A stretch of 61,064 nt of DNA, filler included, from Ionaspis alba (GCA_964255285.1; 6 parts of 6 records of this genome joined end to end with filler, not necessarily neighbours in it), one strand, 5' to 3'. Shown: positions 12,484 through 25,084, numbered from the whole stretch's first letter. A program made the numbers and translations. Notes: generated by a model from the letters alone, not told the origin.

Positions 12484-13612
12484 ATGTCTCCACCTCAGCT
12501 CATCTTTGGTTGCGCCTCGATTGGAGCTCAATTCGCCACCAAGGAAGATGTCATAGCCATACTCAAGACTCTGAGTAACACTGGAATCGGCCGGATTGAC
12601 ACCGCAGGACGATACCCGCCCACAGTTCCAGGACTGTCTCAGAAACTACTCGGACAGGCTGGAGTTGCTCAAACGGGCTTGGTCATCGATACCAAGATCA
12701 ACGTCTGGGGCGACGGGAGTGACACTCTCACAGCCAGCAATATCGATAGCTCAGTAAAGCAAAGTCTGGGAGACCTCCATTTAGACAAAGTGGGCTGCCA
12801 AATTCCTCATACTAGGAAGTCCAATGGACACTGATTGCTCAAGGTCAATGTCCTTTACTGTCATGCTCCCGACAACAAGACGCCGCTGGAAGAGCAAGCA
12901 GCCGCTTTCGATGCTCACTATAAGAAGGGCGAATTCAAATACGTGAGGCTCTAGATTACCTTATCCTTTTTGGCCGCTTATCTCTAATGTTTGAAGCTCG
13001 GCATATCGAATTTCTCCATCGATATGATAGAGAAGTGGATCAAAATTTGCGACGAAAAGGGCTACATCAAGCCGACCCTCTACCAGGGACAATACAATCT
13101 GTTCTGTCGCCGCTACGAGCAAGATCTGTTCCCAGTCCTCCGCAAGCACGGAATAGGGTTCGCAGCCTTCAGGTGAGCGAAAGAAGTTTCTTGTGATGTC
13201 CGACCGGGGACTTATGTGCTTCAGTCCTCTCGCAGGCGGCTTCTTGACCGGCAAATTGACACCCACTAAAACGGCCGAGGACCTCAAAACTACACGCTTC
13301 GCAGAAGGAAACGCCATGGGGAAGGCATTTCGGCATTGGTATGACAAACCCGGTATGCACACTGGCATTGAGAAACTGCGAACCATTTGTGAGGAGAATA
13401 ATGTCGCTATGGACGAAGCTGCCATGCGCTGGATTGTCTATCATTCCATTCTCGATGCACAGGATGCCGTGATCATTGGTGCGAGCAAAGTCTCACAGAT
13501 TGAAGGGAATACTAGAGATCTGAAGAAAGGGCCATTGCCAGGAGGATTGGTGAAGGAGCTGGATGCGCTCTGGGAGATTGTGAAGGAGGACTCGGCTTCT
13601 ATCAATCCTTGA
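12484..13612 (+). CDS. Aldo-keto reductase (aflatoxin B1 aldehyde reductase / AKR7-like); 3 introns
   Basis: Catalytic tetrad motifs IDTAGRYP, IDTKI, VLYCHAP; LGISNF; YQGQYNLFCR; FSPLAGGFLTG; IIGASKVSQIE. Confidence 0.9.
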
Positions 13613-14182
13613 AACTAGACAAATATATCATTATTCTCTATGCTTGCTCTATACAGACCGGAGATTTTTCAGAACACGTGGGGGGCTCCTCAAGGCGGTC
13701 GAACAATCATAGTTGCCGCTCCAAGAATGCCAAGTCAACCACTCCCGATGTCCTCAACACAACCTCGTAGCATCCATAATGGTTCCACAGATGAACATCT
13801 GGAGTTCCACAAATTCCTAACGGAGGATCAAGCTCGGAGATTTTCTCGTCAGGCAGCCTCGATAAACAACTGATCGTCTCGCATATGCAGTGGATATGTA
13901 TGCATTTGTCATCCGAGCAGACTACGATAAGGACCAGGTAAGCACGATGCACCTCGACCTATCCGTCAGTGCCGCTGCATGTCGAATATTACCGCAGGTT
14001 CTTTGCATAATTAGGGGCCCCGCAGTCTGAAGGGTCCTCACCCCAGGTGCCAGGCTAGGCGGTCTGAGTTGAAGAGTAGGGTATTCAGTCTCAATAATGC
14101 TGCTTCTATCAAATTTAGAGCAGCAGAAGATCTCGTCTATATCTTTTGGTCTACATTCAAGCATTAGATTAATTCGAGTACT

Positions 14183-16124
14183 ATGTCTCTCAGGACTGTC
14201 TCTACTATCCTCCTTGTCACTGCACTTTCCACTCTTCATGTTGCTGCCCAAGTGCCTTCACCTTCATGTGCTCGTCACCAATTCGAGCAATATGTACTGT
14301 TCAACCATGATGCAACTTGTTCCCATCGCCCTACTTGTGCCTTAGACTGTATCCAAGCATTCGTCGAAGCTCTTCCTTTGGACTCACAGGCTGTTCCTGC
14401 CGTATCTTCGGTTCTTCAAATACAAAGCGAGGCCCTTGGCCTATGTGGCGGAGCAAATCCAAGTCTATCAAAGAGTGACAGAGCGATTGTGGCTTGCGAC
14501 ATTGGTCGAGCAGTCCTCAAAGAGGAGAAAGGGGGGTGGGTTGGGCCAACATCCAGCAGCTACATTGATCAGGCAGAAAATAACTGGTACGCCTCTTCTC
14601 CTTCAGTCCTGAACAATTTCATTTGAAGCTCTGATCATGACCACCCAAAATAGGTCGGCAACGTGCCAAACTCTCCCGCGCTGCATACTATCGCCATCGA
14701 CGGCGCTCGAAGTTGGTCATGTTTTGAAGATTGCGAGATTTGTCAACGCCACATTTGCAATCAGAAGCGGGGGTAGTAATCCAAATCGCGGGTGGGCCAA
14801 CACTAATGGTGACGGCCTACTTATCGACCTGCATCGACTCAACAAGATCGAGCTCAGCAACGACAATCAGACGGTAAAGGTAGGCCCTGGAAACCGCTGG
14901 CTACCTGTCTACCAAGCCCTTGAGACGGCAGGCGTTACCGTCCTTGGTGGCAGAACTCCCACACCTGGCGTGGGTGGTGTGCTGCTGGGTGGAGGCATTC
15001 CTAATTTTGCTAGCGAGTATGGAATGGCTTGTGATATGGTGGAGAACTTCGAAATTGTTCTCGCCGATTCGACCGTGGTCAATGCCAATCCGACGGAACA
15101 TAGTGACCTCTTCTGGGGTCTCAAGGGCGGCTCTGCAAACTTTGGTGATTGGTTCTTCTGCATATCGAAGACTAGAGTGGGATAACTAACAGAAGTTTAG
15201 GTATCGTCACGGAGTTTACCATCAAGACCGTGCCAATTAATAAGATTTGGTTCGAAGCACGGCTATATCACCACTCTTTCAACGAAAGGATTTTGGAAGC
15301 CATTGCTCAATATGAGATGGCGGCCGAAGAGGACGATTACGCATCCTTTGCTTTCAGTCTGGGCAATGATCATACCTTTGTTGCGTGGATATACAGCAAA
15401 CCGGTGGAGTATCCAGAAGTCTTCAAAATGTTCTACGACATTCCATATGAAAAGCATTTCACTAATGCCACAATCGGCACGACAAGCCAATTCACTGCTT
15501 CGTTGGCGAGAGTGCTAGGACCTCCCATTAAGATGAGGTATGCCGATACTTGTGACTGATCCACCATGTACTGATGATGAGTCAATAGGAGGGCCATCGT
15601 TTCTGTGGCTACCAAACCCGACAATGAATTATACCAAGATGCATACAAGAAATGGCGAGCAGTGGCAGACGACTTCTATCATTCGACAGGAGCTGGAATG
15701 ACGATGGGCATTCAGCCTTTCACCAAAAATGCGGTTTTGAAAGGCAAACGAAATGGGGGCAATGCACTCAATCTCACTCCCGTACCACAAGAATGTCGGT
15801 GTTCCTGTTTGAGACTTGCCGGGATGTTTCTGACATAATTGTTGTATAGGGTTCACAGCAGTTGCACAATGGATCGACCCTAAAGACGATGCTACCGGCC
15901 ACGAAGCCGTGCAAGCAGTCGGAGATCATGTGCGAGCAACCGCAGAGCGCATGGGTCTTCTATTGGACTTCGTGTTCCTGAATGATGCCAATTTCGACCA
16001 GAACCCGATCGCAAGCTATGGACCCAAAAACGTGGCGAAGCTGCAGGCGGTCAGCAAGAAGTATGATCCTGATCAAGTCTTCCAGATCCTTCAAAATGAC
16101 GGCTTCTTGCTTCGGAAGGTCTAA
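14183..16124 (+). CDS. Secreted FAD-binding oxidoreductase (BBE-like / VAO-fold), copy 1; 4 introns
   Basis: Signal peptide MSLRTVSTILLVTALSTLHVAA; FAIRSGGSNPN; VGPGNRW; GVGGVLLGGG; DLFWGLKGGSANF|GIVTEF; C-terminal FLNDA...SYG...KYDPDQVFQILQNDGF. Confidence 0.9.
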
Positions 16125-17092
16125 GCACTCGGCTTGCGGCGGAGCGAACAACCTCGGGAGTCCAAATCTCCAGTTTTGTGAATGGTCGCAATAGTTGTGG
16201 CTTTCCAGTAAGAGTCAGAAGTGGGTCAAAGAAGGCGAGGTACGAGCCGCCGACGTGGATGGTTAATCGAGGCAACATCACATCAGCTCTACAATCATCC
16301 TTGCAGATCAGAAAACCAATTTCGAGTCACTCATGCTTCCGAAATGAACCTCTCAGATATTGATTATCTATCGTGCTAGTTCGACCTCCAACGCCAAGGC
16401 GGCCCAAAAACTCGGTGGGATCATGGATGGATGCAGGAGCGCCATGTGCCGTTCGCCCCATGCAGCCACAAACACCCTAAGTCACTGTGCCGTTGAGCGA
16501 CATGCAAAATAGATAGGGACGATTGGAAGAATATGGTCTTATCACATACCATTCACATATGCAGTACGACGTTTAAGAATATTTTCAACACCGTATTTAG
16601 ATTGTACGACCACATTTTGCAGGGATCGCGATCGACCCAACGTTATGGAGAGTTACCAAGGTCGGAGATTTATTGTGCAGCAAGCACGAGGCTCCGAATC
16701 CTCCAGCCGCAATCCTCGCTACGAATCAGCTTACGCCAGTCAGTTCATTCTGCTCGGGAGGAAAAGATGACCAGAATTGAAATCATGATAGGCAGCCAGA
16801 GGGCCAAGGAGAGTCCGATTCTTACTAAGATACACGGCACCGATGCAACGTAGGACCTATCCTCACTTTCCTATCCAGTTTTCACAAATCTGAGGATTCC
16901 GGATATCGGAGAAGCTGATGCTCGATGACGCTGATTGCTGGATGGTCCATATTAGCCTCCAAGGCAGACGCAGAGAGGGATGACTTCAGCACGCCGAGGC
17001 CAGTTCTTAAGACGGAGCCTACGCCTCTTCTCTGGATCATCTAGTGCTCAAACTATTTTCCAAGCATCAACGGAACCACCCGCTCCCTAGCT

Positions 17093-19081
17093 ATGTTGGT
17101 ACACCTATTCTTCTCTCTGCTAGTGACCGCCACCGTTTCGCAGGCACAGAACCTGCCCCGCAATGATAGTTCGCTTTCAGGGGAGCTGCTTTCAGTTTTG
17201 ACCTCACTCGGATCTAGTGGAGACTCTCAGGATACCAACTCCTTGGTGGCAACCGTGCAACAGAATGCTGGACAAATCGATAGTTTAACCGGACCTGCCC
17301 GCAGTCGAGTTGCTGTCCAGTCGACCAGAGCGAGCATTGCCTGCCAAATCAATCGCCTTGTTCTTGGCTCGAGCAAGTATATTGATGCTTCAAGCACTCT
17401 GTATCTCAACGAGACGCAGGAGAACTGGTGAGAAAACCACTTCTCTTTCCATTTCATCAATGCCCTACTTATGCAGTTTATTTCTCCAGGTCAGAAACAT
17501 GTTGGCTCCCAGCCGCCTGTATCGTCACCCCCGAAAGTACCGCCGACGTTGCTGTCGCTCTGAAGATTGCCACTGTCCTGGGAAGCAAGTTTGCCGTTCG
17601 TAGCGGTGGTCACAACCCCAATAGTGGTTATGCCAGCATCGATGGCTCCGGTGTTTTGTTTGACATGGCCAAACTCAATATCTTGAAGATTTCGGCAGAC
17701 CAGAAGACTGTAAGCGTCGGACCTGGAAATCGATGGGCAAATGTTTATGGATATCTCGATCCTTATGGTCTTTCGGCCATTGGTGGCAGGAGTCCGGATG
17801 TTGGAGTAGCGGGATTGCTTTTGGGAGGTAAGTGAGGATCGTGCTCGTCGGGTCCCTAGTACGTGTTGCAAGATGCTGATTATGATTCAAGGGGGTCTTC
17901 CTTACATTCCGAGTTTATATGGATTCGCCTGTGACAATGTCCAGAGCTACAAGGTCCGCCACGGTCTTAACGCAAAGTGTCTTCTTAAGGTGCTGACTTG
18001 CTTGTTAGGTTGTGCTCGCAAACTCAACAGTAGTGAATGCGAATGCACAGACGAACCCGGATTTATGGCAAGCCCTGCGTGGAGGAGGTCCCAACTTCGG
18101 TGAGTACCATCTAGTCATTCAACATAGAAAAGATAGCGGACTCATTATAATGAACCAGGAATCGTCACCCAGTTCGAACTCTACACCAGACCTCTCCACA
18201 ACATCTGGTACAGCTTCCGCATTTTCAACCAGTCACAGAATCTAGACCTTCTGGCGGCGACAGTCAAAGTCCAAGCTGCACTGGAGAGTGACCCCAAAGG
18301 AAGTTTCTTCCTGGACATCGTCGGAGCTACGACCATCGCTGGACTCTTCTATGCCGAGTATACATCAGGGCCGGCTGTGTTCGCTCCTTTTGCTGCGATA
18401 CCATCCGTTGGTCAACTGGTTCCTGAGGCGAACGGGACTGTCTTCAAATTGGCTACTACCTTGGCTGCTCTTGGTGGTCTACCTAAGGCGAAGTAAGTGG
18501 TCTCGAGCAAAATACCCTAGGCGCAACGGCACTGATAGAATTTGCAACACAGGCGCGAACCTGTAGCTGTGTCGCACTTGGTCGACCTGGATCTGTACGA
18601 GCAGATCTATGACAAGTGGCTTGCCGTTCACAACTTTTCCAGCTCGGCGGAATCGACAATGTCTTTCACCATTCAGCCCATTCCTAAAGCTGCCATTTTG
18701 GCTGGCGATGCTGCTGGTGGGAACTCTATGGGCATTGCACCAACGGAGCAAAACTGTGAGTCCTAACTCAACATTTTCAATGTCGACGCGCTGATGACAG
18801 AATTAGGGTACAACTCCCTCGCAGAATGGACACTCGACGCCGACGATGCCGCGGGCCACAACGCAGTCACAACAATGGGAGCAGCCGTGAAGTCGTTTTC
18901 AAAAGCCAAGGGCTTGTATCTCGACTACGAGTTCCAAAACGACTGTTCTGCTTCCCAGAATCCTCTGGCAAGTTACGGAGCAGCGAACCTGGCTAAGCTG
19001 AAGGCGGCAAGTCTGAAGTACGATACTCAGCAAGTGTTTCAGAACCTGCAATTTGGAGGATTCAAGGTATCTAAAGCATGA
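17093..19081 (+). CDS. Secreted FAD-binding oxidoreductase (BBE-like / VAO-fold), copy 2; 6 introns
   Basis: Signal peptide MLVHLFFSLLVTATVSQA; FAVRSGGHNPN; VGPGNRW; DLWQALRGGGPNF|GIVT; C-terminal FQNDC...SYG...KYDTQQVFQNLQFGGF. Confidence 0.9.
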
Positions 19082-20023
19082 GGAAGGTAATGTAGACTAC
19101 GTACATGGAGACGATGTAGAGGTGGGTGTGCATAACAAAACGATTAGATTGAAGTGTTTTCTGTTCTCTTGGCATGCGTCATTGGCTACGAGTTACAAAA
19201 CTCGCAAAGGCGTAGCACAGGCGAGGTAACCACCTTCCTCCGTACATAGTATATAGATTTTCTTCCCTCAGTTACAATCGTTTGGCACTTTCCCAAGATT
19301 CTGACTTCATACCGAGAAGACCTTTACCAATAACAGGCACAATGACTTGCTTTCGGGTCCTTCCTCAGCACGTCAGTCCGTCCGCCCATCAGGCCACCCG
19401 TCAACAAGCAAGCTTACATCTCCAAAAACAACCAACCCCCAACAAATCATATCATCCCTTATCGCCACAAGCTCCTCTTTCACTCTCCAAACCACCGTTG
19501 CATCAGCCAATCATCCTTCCCCCCCTCCAATTCCAGCCAACGTTATGCTTACACCATCTCCCGCACCCTCCCTTTCCTCCTCCTCCAAAAAAGGCAACCC
19601 ACGACCGTCTCCCATGTACTTACTCCCCAGCACCCTGCCCGACTCTCCTGCCCTTCTCCTCCCCAGCATCATTGTAGCAAATACCTCCCCTCTTCCACAA
19701 TCCCAACCACTACGCCGCCAGCCACTCACATCTTCCTGCATCAAGCCTTTGTTTCAGCGTTCCTCTACCCAATCATGCTTCTCTCGGCCCCAGACTGGCT
19801 GTGTACCTGGCGGTCATGTATTCCGTACATATAACCACCTCTCTGGATCCTGTCAGCATCGTTTCTGCCTCTCGCGCTCCAAGTATTTCTCTCTCTTGTC
19901 TTTCGTCATCGTCTGATCGGTTTTCCAGCTCCGCGGTCGCGGAAGCTGACATTCTGGCTGCTTCGCGCTTCCCTGCACCAAATTTGTCAATCTCAATTGA
20001 AAGAATAGCAAAATACCGCCACC

Positions 20024-20334
20024 ATGTCTTCCCCCTTCAGCGCCGATGAGCTGGCCTACCAGGAAGCGCATTCAGGCGACAACCTTGGACCTATGCTTAT
20101 TGGTGTCGGAGTTATGTTTACGGTCCTGTGCGCCATCGCGGTGGGGTGTCGAGTACTGTCGAGGTGGATGGTCAAGAAGGAGCTGGGCTGGGATGATTGG
20201 TTTGTTTTTGGGGCGATGGTATGCTTTTGCTCCTTTTTGTCTTTGGGAGGTGTTTTGTGGGCAAGCTGGGGAAAGGCAATACAGGGCTGAATGAGTTTGT
20301 GGTGTGGATAGTTCTTTCAGATTGGGTTGGTGGT
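20024..20334 (+). CDS. PTH11-like / fungal rhodopsin-domain integral membrane protein, 5' part only (cut by scaffold end)
   Basis: MSSPFSADELAYQEAHSGDNLGPMLIGVGVMFTVLCAIAVGCRVLSRWMVKKELGWDDWFVFGAM followed by a GTATGC donor. The R-xx-SR...G-x-DD-W motif is typical of the family. Confidence 0.75.
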
Positions 20335-20434
20335 NNNNNNNNNNNNNNNNNNNNNNNNNNNNNNNNNNNNNNNNNNNNTTAATTAATTAANNNNNNNNNN
20401 NNNNNNNNNNNNNNNNNNNNNNNNNNNNNNNNNN
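20335..20434. other. Assembly linker gap (N44-TTAATTAATTAA-N44)
   Basis: Literal N run with spacer; genes on both sides are truncated. Confidence 0.97.
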
Positions 20435-20978
20435 CCGCTGCGCCTTCACACCCCTCCAAACCAACTTCCACCCACCCTCTGGGCCCCTCTCCCTTCCATT
20501 CCGCAAATTCCACAAGATCGTACTCGCCCATACCAGCTGCGAAGACCATCTTCGTAGGTGTGTAGCTCTCGTCGAGTTCAAAATCGAGGTACACCCGCAT
20601 TTTCACAATGGCGACTAGCTTGAAGAAGTGGATGTTCAGGAGATGCGGCTGTGGGCCGTCCGATTGCCAGAATTGCGAGGTGGAGGGGTGGAGAAGGGCG
20701 GGGACACCACATCCAGGTTTGTAGGTTGAGACGGTCCAGGAGGCGAGTGGGGAGATTTCACGGAGGTGGGGTGGTGGGATGTCTTTTGCTGTGGAGTAAG
20801 GAGGTAGGTTAGTGAGGAATTGTGCGGTGAAATGGGAATGCGTACTCGCTTCGTCGAGGATGGCTGAGTCCTCTTCGGTCGCAGACTCGCCAGCTTCGGA
20901 GGATAGGTTATCCTCGTTCGGGTCGGGGTGTTGGAGGTTGCGCTGGAAGTCTGGGGCTCGAGTGGGGACGCCTGCCAT
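20435..20978 (-). CDS. APC10: Anaphase-promoting complex subunit 10 (Doc1), 3' end missing
   Basis: LREISPLASWTVSTYKPGCGV...FWQSDGPQPHLLNIHF...YLDFELDESYTPTKM, the hallmark DOC-domain motifs. Confidence 0.92.
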
Positions 20979-22108
20979 TATGTGGGACGTGTGGTAATGG
21001 CAGCCTCTGTAGAGGTTCTATAAGGAGGCTATGCTACGCGTTTGAACATAGTCATGGTCAACGTCGCCGCTTCGACGCGTCGTAAGGACGAAGCTGTATA
21101 TCCGAGCATAGACTGTTTAGCTTGGCACAGTTCTATCAAGCTAGTGCAATTGTGCACTAGCTTCGAATTTGTTCTACTATAATAAAATCTCCATTGTGGG
21201 ATAGGACGAGAGGTTCTACTACGAGAAACGCACATTTGAAAAAGCTTGGGCGTCGCTTTCAGGACTTGGAGCCCCTAGCAGGTCAGTCTCTTCCTTAGAC
21301 TCGGTTCCCACAATTTCTAGCGCTCTACTTCGATTCCGACCCTTTTAAGCAGAATGATGAAATTTATAAGCGTATATCACAGACCTGTTCTGAACATTAC
21401 ATGTGGATATCTCTTATCTTGGAGACCTTCTGATCTGCATAATCATCGTCTTTCTAGTCTCCGGTCCTTTATTCCAGATTGAGGCATCAGGATTGATAGC
21501 TAATTTTTCGTGCATGTAGGTAGCCAAGTATCTTGAATACTAGTAATCACACGAGGCACAGCTCGTGAATAACCGGGTTCACGGAGAGCTTGGATCAGTG
21601 TAACAGATTTCACTTTGGGAGGGTTGTATTAAGCCAGATGCGTAGGTACTGTCGAGGTTAGAGATGAATTCATTGTGTAAAACCCAAGGTTTAAGACAAC
21701 TGTACTCAGTTAGAGATGATAATGCCAGCTCCACTTGAACAGGAACCAGACTACAGACATGATTGAATATTGATGAGACTTCACCTGTCAACAGGAGTGT
21801 TCCTCTGACTGCTTTCGACCCATTCTGATCTAAGGTAAAGCGATATCCAGTTTCTAAGGCGATGTGTGGTGAGACCCTGTAGCCGCCGCCGGATTAGGCC
21901 TCAGCCCTACTATGGGAAAGGACACGTTAAAAAGTTGTTGTGTATAATGATCCTTGCTGGCAGGCTCCAGATATGTTCACACGGAGCCTACTCTGTCTTT
22001 TCTCTACTATCGAGACTAATTGGGCTCTGTACGGATTTTGACATACGTTCCTTGACAGCCTTTACCGCCCGTGCTGGCCCTCCGATTTCTGGCTCCCTTT
22101 TCCACACA

Positions 22109-25084
22109 ATGCCGCCCCACGGTCGACGGCGTGCTGAAACGCTTTTCTCTTTCCTCTTCTTACTTTCACTATTACTTTCTACAGCTTCCGCAGCTTCAGC
22201 CGTTTTAGGAATCGATTTAGGAACGGAGTACATCAAGGCTGCTCTTGTCAAGCCGGGGATACCGCTGGAGATAGTTCTCACCAAGGACTCCAAACGAAAA
22301 GAAGCTGCTGCGGTAGCGTTCAAGCCACTCAAATCCAAAGCTTCAACATCCGCGGGAATATTCCCAGAAAGAGCCTACGGTGGTGATGCTGTTGCTCTTT
22401 CGGCCAGATTTCCGGGCGATGTTTACTCCAATCTCAAACCTCTTCTGGGGTTGACAACCTCCAGCAGTCACCAAGTCGAAGACTACAGATCATGGCATCC
22501 TGGTACAAATATAGTTGGGAGCAAAGAGAGGAACACAGTCGCCTTTGTAAGCGAGAGCTTTACCCAAGAGGAGGAGCCATTCATGGTTGAAGAGCTTCTG
22601 GCAATGGAGTTACAGAATATCAGAGGTAATGCGGAAGCATTCGCAGGAAAAGGCTCGGTCATACGAGATGTCGTGATCACGATTCCGGCGTTCTATACGG
22701 CGGAGGAGAAACGGGCAATTGAAGTGGCAGCGGAGCTAGCAGGACTTAGAACACTCGCCCTTGTGTCTGATGGCCTCTCGGTGGGCCTCAATTACGCCAC
22801 TTCGAGAACATTTCCAGTGCCTGGTGATGGTGTGAAGCCAGAATACCATCTTGTGTACGACATGGGAGCGGGATCAACAACAGCTACGGTTCTAAGATTC
22901 CAAGGAAAAGTTGTGAAGGATGTGGGCAAATTCAATAAGACAATACAAGATGTGCAAGTAATGGGCGTGGGATGGGACAAATCACTGGGAGGTGACTCGC
23001 TGAATGCCCTAATCCTAGAGGATATGGTGACGAAGTTTGCGGAATCAGAACGAATGAAAGCATTAAATACGGGCATCGAGCATATAAAATCACATGGCAG
23101 AACAATGGCCAAGTTGTGGAAGGAGGCAGAGCGTTTGCGGCAAGTTCTCAGCGCCAATTCTGAAACATCCTCGAGCTTTGAAGGACTTTACCACGAAGAC
23201 GTCAGCTTCAAGTACAGATTGTCTCGATCGGATTTTGAAAACCTCGCTGCTGATTATAGCAAGCGAGTGAGTAATCCTGTCACGGAAGCACTATCCATGG
23301 CGAAGCTTGGATTAGCCGACATCGAGTCTGTCATCCTGCACGGCGGAGCGGTCCGCACACCGTTCGTTCAGAAGGAGCTTGAGACTGTTGTTGGCAGTGG
23401 CGAGAAGATCAGGACGAACGTCAATTCAGACGAGGCTGCGGTTTTCGGTGCAGCCTTCAAAGCCGCGGGGATCAGCCCCAGCTTCAGAGTGAAGGAGATT
23501 CGCGCCAATGACATTGCCGTTCATCACGCTGGACTTTCGTGGATTCTAGAAGGGAAAGAAAAAGTGCAGAAACTCTTTCTTCCGAGCTCGCAAGTTGGCG
23601 CTGAGAAGCAAGTGCCAATCAAGACCACGGAGGACTTTTCATTCGAGCTACATCAACATGTCGTCGATGGCGATAGCAAGACTAGAGGTATTCCAGTGTC
23701 TAGGGTACAAACTCAGAATCTTACAGCATCGGTGAAGGAGCTCACCGAAAAGTATGGCTGTTCCGTAGCAGACATCAGCACCACGTTTTCCATCCGATTG
23801 AGCGTCACAGATGGTCTACCGGAGGTCTCTCGAGGCTCTGTCAGTTGTGAGGCCGTTGATACTACAAAGAAAGGCGTGGTCGACAATGTCAAAGGCCTGT
23901 TTGGCTTTGGATCTAAAAAGGGTGATCAAGTTCCTCTAAGTGACGACACTGATGCCCTCCTTGAGGATGAGGCCACTGATCACACCACAACTTCTACGAG
24001 CGTGTCCGATACTTCATCAGCATCAAAGTCTATTGTGACTCCTTCTACGTCCAAAGGCACTGAAAAGCCTGAAGAGATTAAGAAGAAGACCCAAGTAATT
24101 CCAGTAAACTTCACAAGCAATGTAACAGGACTTCCTCAATTGAGCGCTGCTGAGCTACGTCGTATCAAAGACCGCATGGATGCTTTTGATGCCTCGGATC
24201 GTTCACGCAGACTTCGAGAAGAAGCTCTGAATACGCTAGAGGGATACACCTACAAAGTCCGTGACTTGATCGAGGATGAGGGATTTGGCAGTGTATCGAC
24301 GAAAGAGCAGCGGGCTGAGATTGAGGGAAAGGCGAAGAGCGCTAGCGAGTGGCTTTATGGTGATGGAGCTGACGCAACGCGAGATACATTCATGTCACGC
24401 CTCAAGGAGCTTCGAGATCTTGTCGATCCTATTCAGAAGCGTAAGGACGAGGCTATCAATAGACCCGGGCAAATTCAGATGCTTAGGGATTTGCTTGAGG
24501 AGACAAAGACTTCGCTCAAAATGGTCGAGGCGCAGTCCGAACGGGTTGCCAGCGAAGAAGCAGCTGCTTCTTTTTCTTCTGCCGCGGAAGCCAAATCAAC
24601 CACAACGTCCTCGTCGACTACCGATGATGAGTTTGCCGATCTTGAGGACGAAACATCCACCACTCCCACTGCATCAACCTCCGCCACTCCAGTCACAGCA
24701 AAGCCGTCATATACGGCTGAAGAACTCTCTGATCTGACAAAAGTCCACGAATCGGTCCAGAAATGGCTTGACGAAAAGGTCGCCGAGCAGGACAAGCTTT
24801 CTCCAACCGACGATCCAGTAATAAGCACCTCCGACCTGGCAGCTAAGTCGAAAGAGCTTAAAAATCTTGTCGTGGACCTCCTGCAGAAGCAGATGCAGGC
24901 ATACGGCAAGTCAAAAAGCTCTAGCAAGTCGAAGATAAGTAAGACCAAGACGACGAAGAGGAAGACCAAGGAGTCGAAATCGTCGAAGACGGTGGTTACA
25001 GAGATACCGATTGGAACTGATAGATCATTGGATGATGATAAGACGAAGGCGAGTGGGAAGGGGAAAGTGAAGGATGAGTTGTAA
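22109..25084 (+). CDS. LHS1: ER lumenal Hsp70-family nucleotide exchange factor Lhs1/Grp170 (HYOU1); intronless
   Basis: Signal peptide followed by VLGIDLGTEYIKAALVKPGIPLEIVLTKDSKRKE, YDMGAGSTTAT, NSDEAAVFGA, LEGYTYKVRD; C-terminal ER retention signal KDEL. ATG at 22109 preferred over the upstream GTG. Confidence 0.95.
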   Translation: MPPHGRRRAETLFSFLFLLSLLLSTASAASAVLGIDLGTEYIKAALVKPGIPLEIVLTKDSKRKEAAAVAFKPLKSKASTSAGIFPERAYGGDAVALSARFPGDVYSNLKPLLGLTTSSSHQVEDYRSWHPGTNIVGSKERNTVAFVSESFTQEEEPFMVEELLAMELQNIRGNAEAFAGKGSVIRDVVITIPAFYTAEEKRAIEVAAELAGLRTLALVSDGLSVGLNYATSRTFPVPGDGVKPEYHLVYDMGAGSTTATVLRFQGKVVKDVGKFNKTIQDVQVMGVGWDKSLGGDSLNALILEDMVTKFAESERMKALNTGIEHIKSHGRTMAKLWKEAERLRQVLSANSETSSSFEGLYHEDVSFKYRLSRSDFENLAADYSKRVSNPVTEALSMAKLGLADIESVILHGGAVRTPFVQKELETVVGSGEKIRTNVNSDEAAVFGAAFKAAGISPSFRVKEIRANDIAVHHAGLSWILEGKEKVQKLFLPSSQVGAEKQVPIKTTEDFSFELHQHVVDGDSKTRGIPVSRVQTQNLTASVKELTEKYGCSVADISTTFSIRLSVTDGLPEVSRGSVSCEAVDTTKKGVVDNVKGLFGFGSKKGDQVPLSDDTDALLEDEATDHTTTSTSVSDTSSASKSIVTPSTSKGTEKPEEIKKKTQVIPVNFTSNVTGLPQLSAAELRRIKDRMDAFDASDRSRRLREEALNTLEGYTYKVRDLIEDEGFGSVSTKEQRAEIEGKAKSASEWLYGDGADATRDTFMSRLKELRDLVDPIQKRKDEAINRPGQIQMLRDLLEETKTSLKMVEAQSERVASEEAAASFSSAAEAKSTTTSSSTTDDEFADLEDETSTTPTASTSATPVTAKPSYTAEELSDLTKVHESVQKWLDEKVAEQDKLSPTDDPVISTSDLAAKSKELKNLVVDLLQKQMQAYGKSKSSSKSKISKTKTTKRKTKESKSSKTVVTEIPIGTDRSLDDDKTKASGKGKVKDEL

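Noticed and set aside
19282..19916. Pro/Ser-rich ORFs upstream of the PTH11-like gene
   Set aside because: C-rich pyrimidine-biased promoter-like sequence that is stop-poor by composition; non-ATG starts.
4305..20978. Clustering of two APC/C subunit genes (CDC16 and APC10)
   Set aside because: They are on separate concatenated scaffolds; co-occurrence is most likely coincidental.
21866..22108. 81-aa N-terminal extension of LHS1 from a GTG start
   Set aside because: The ATG at 22109 directly precedes a proper signal peptide; the extension has no recognisable features.
25070..25084. KDEL instead of HDEL on Lhs1
   Set aside because: KDEL termini are not unusual in filamentous ascomycete ER proteins.
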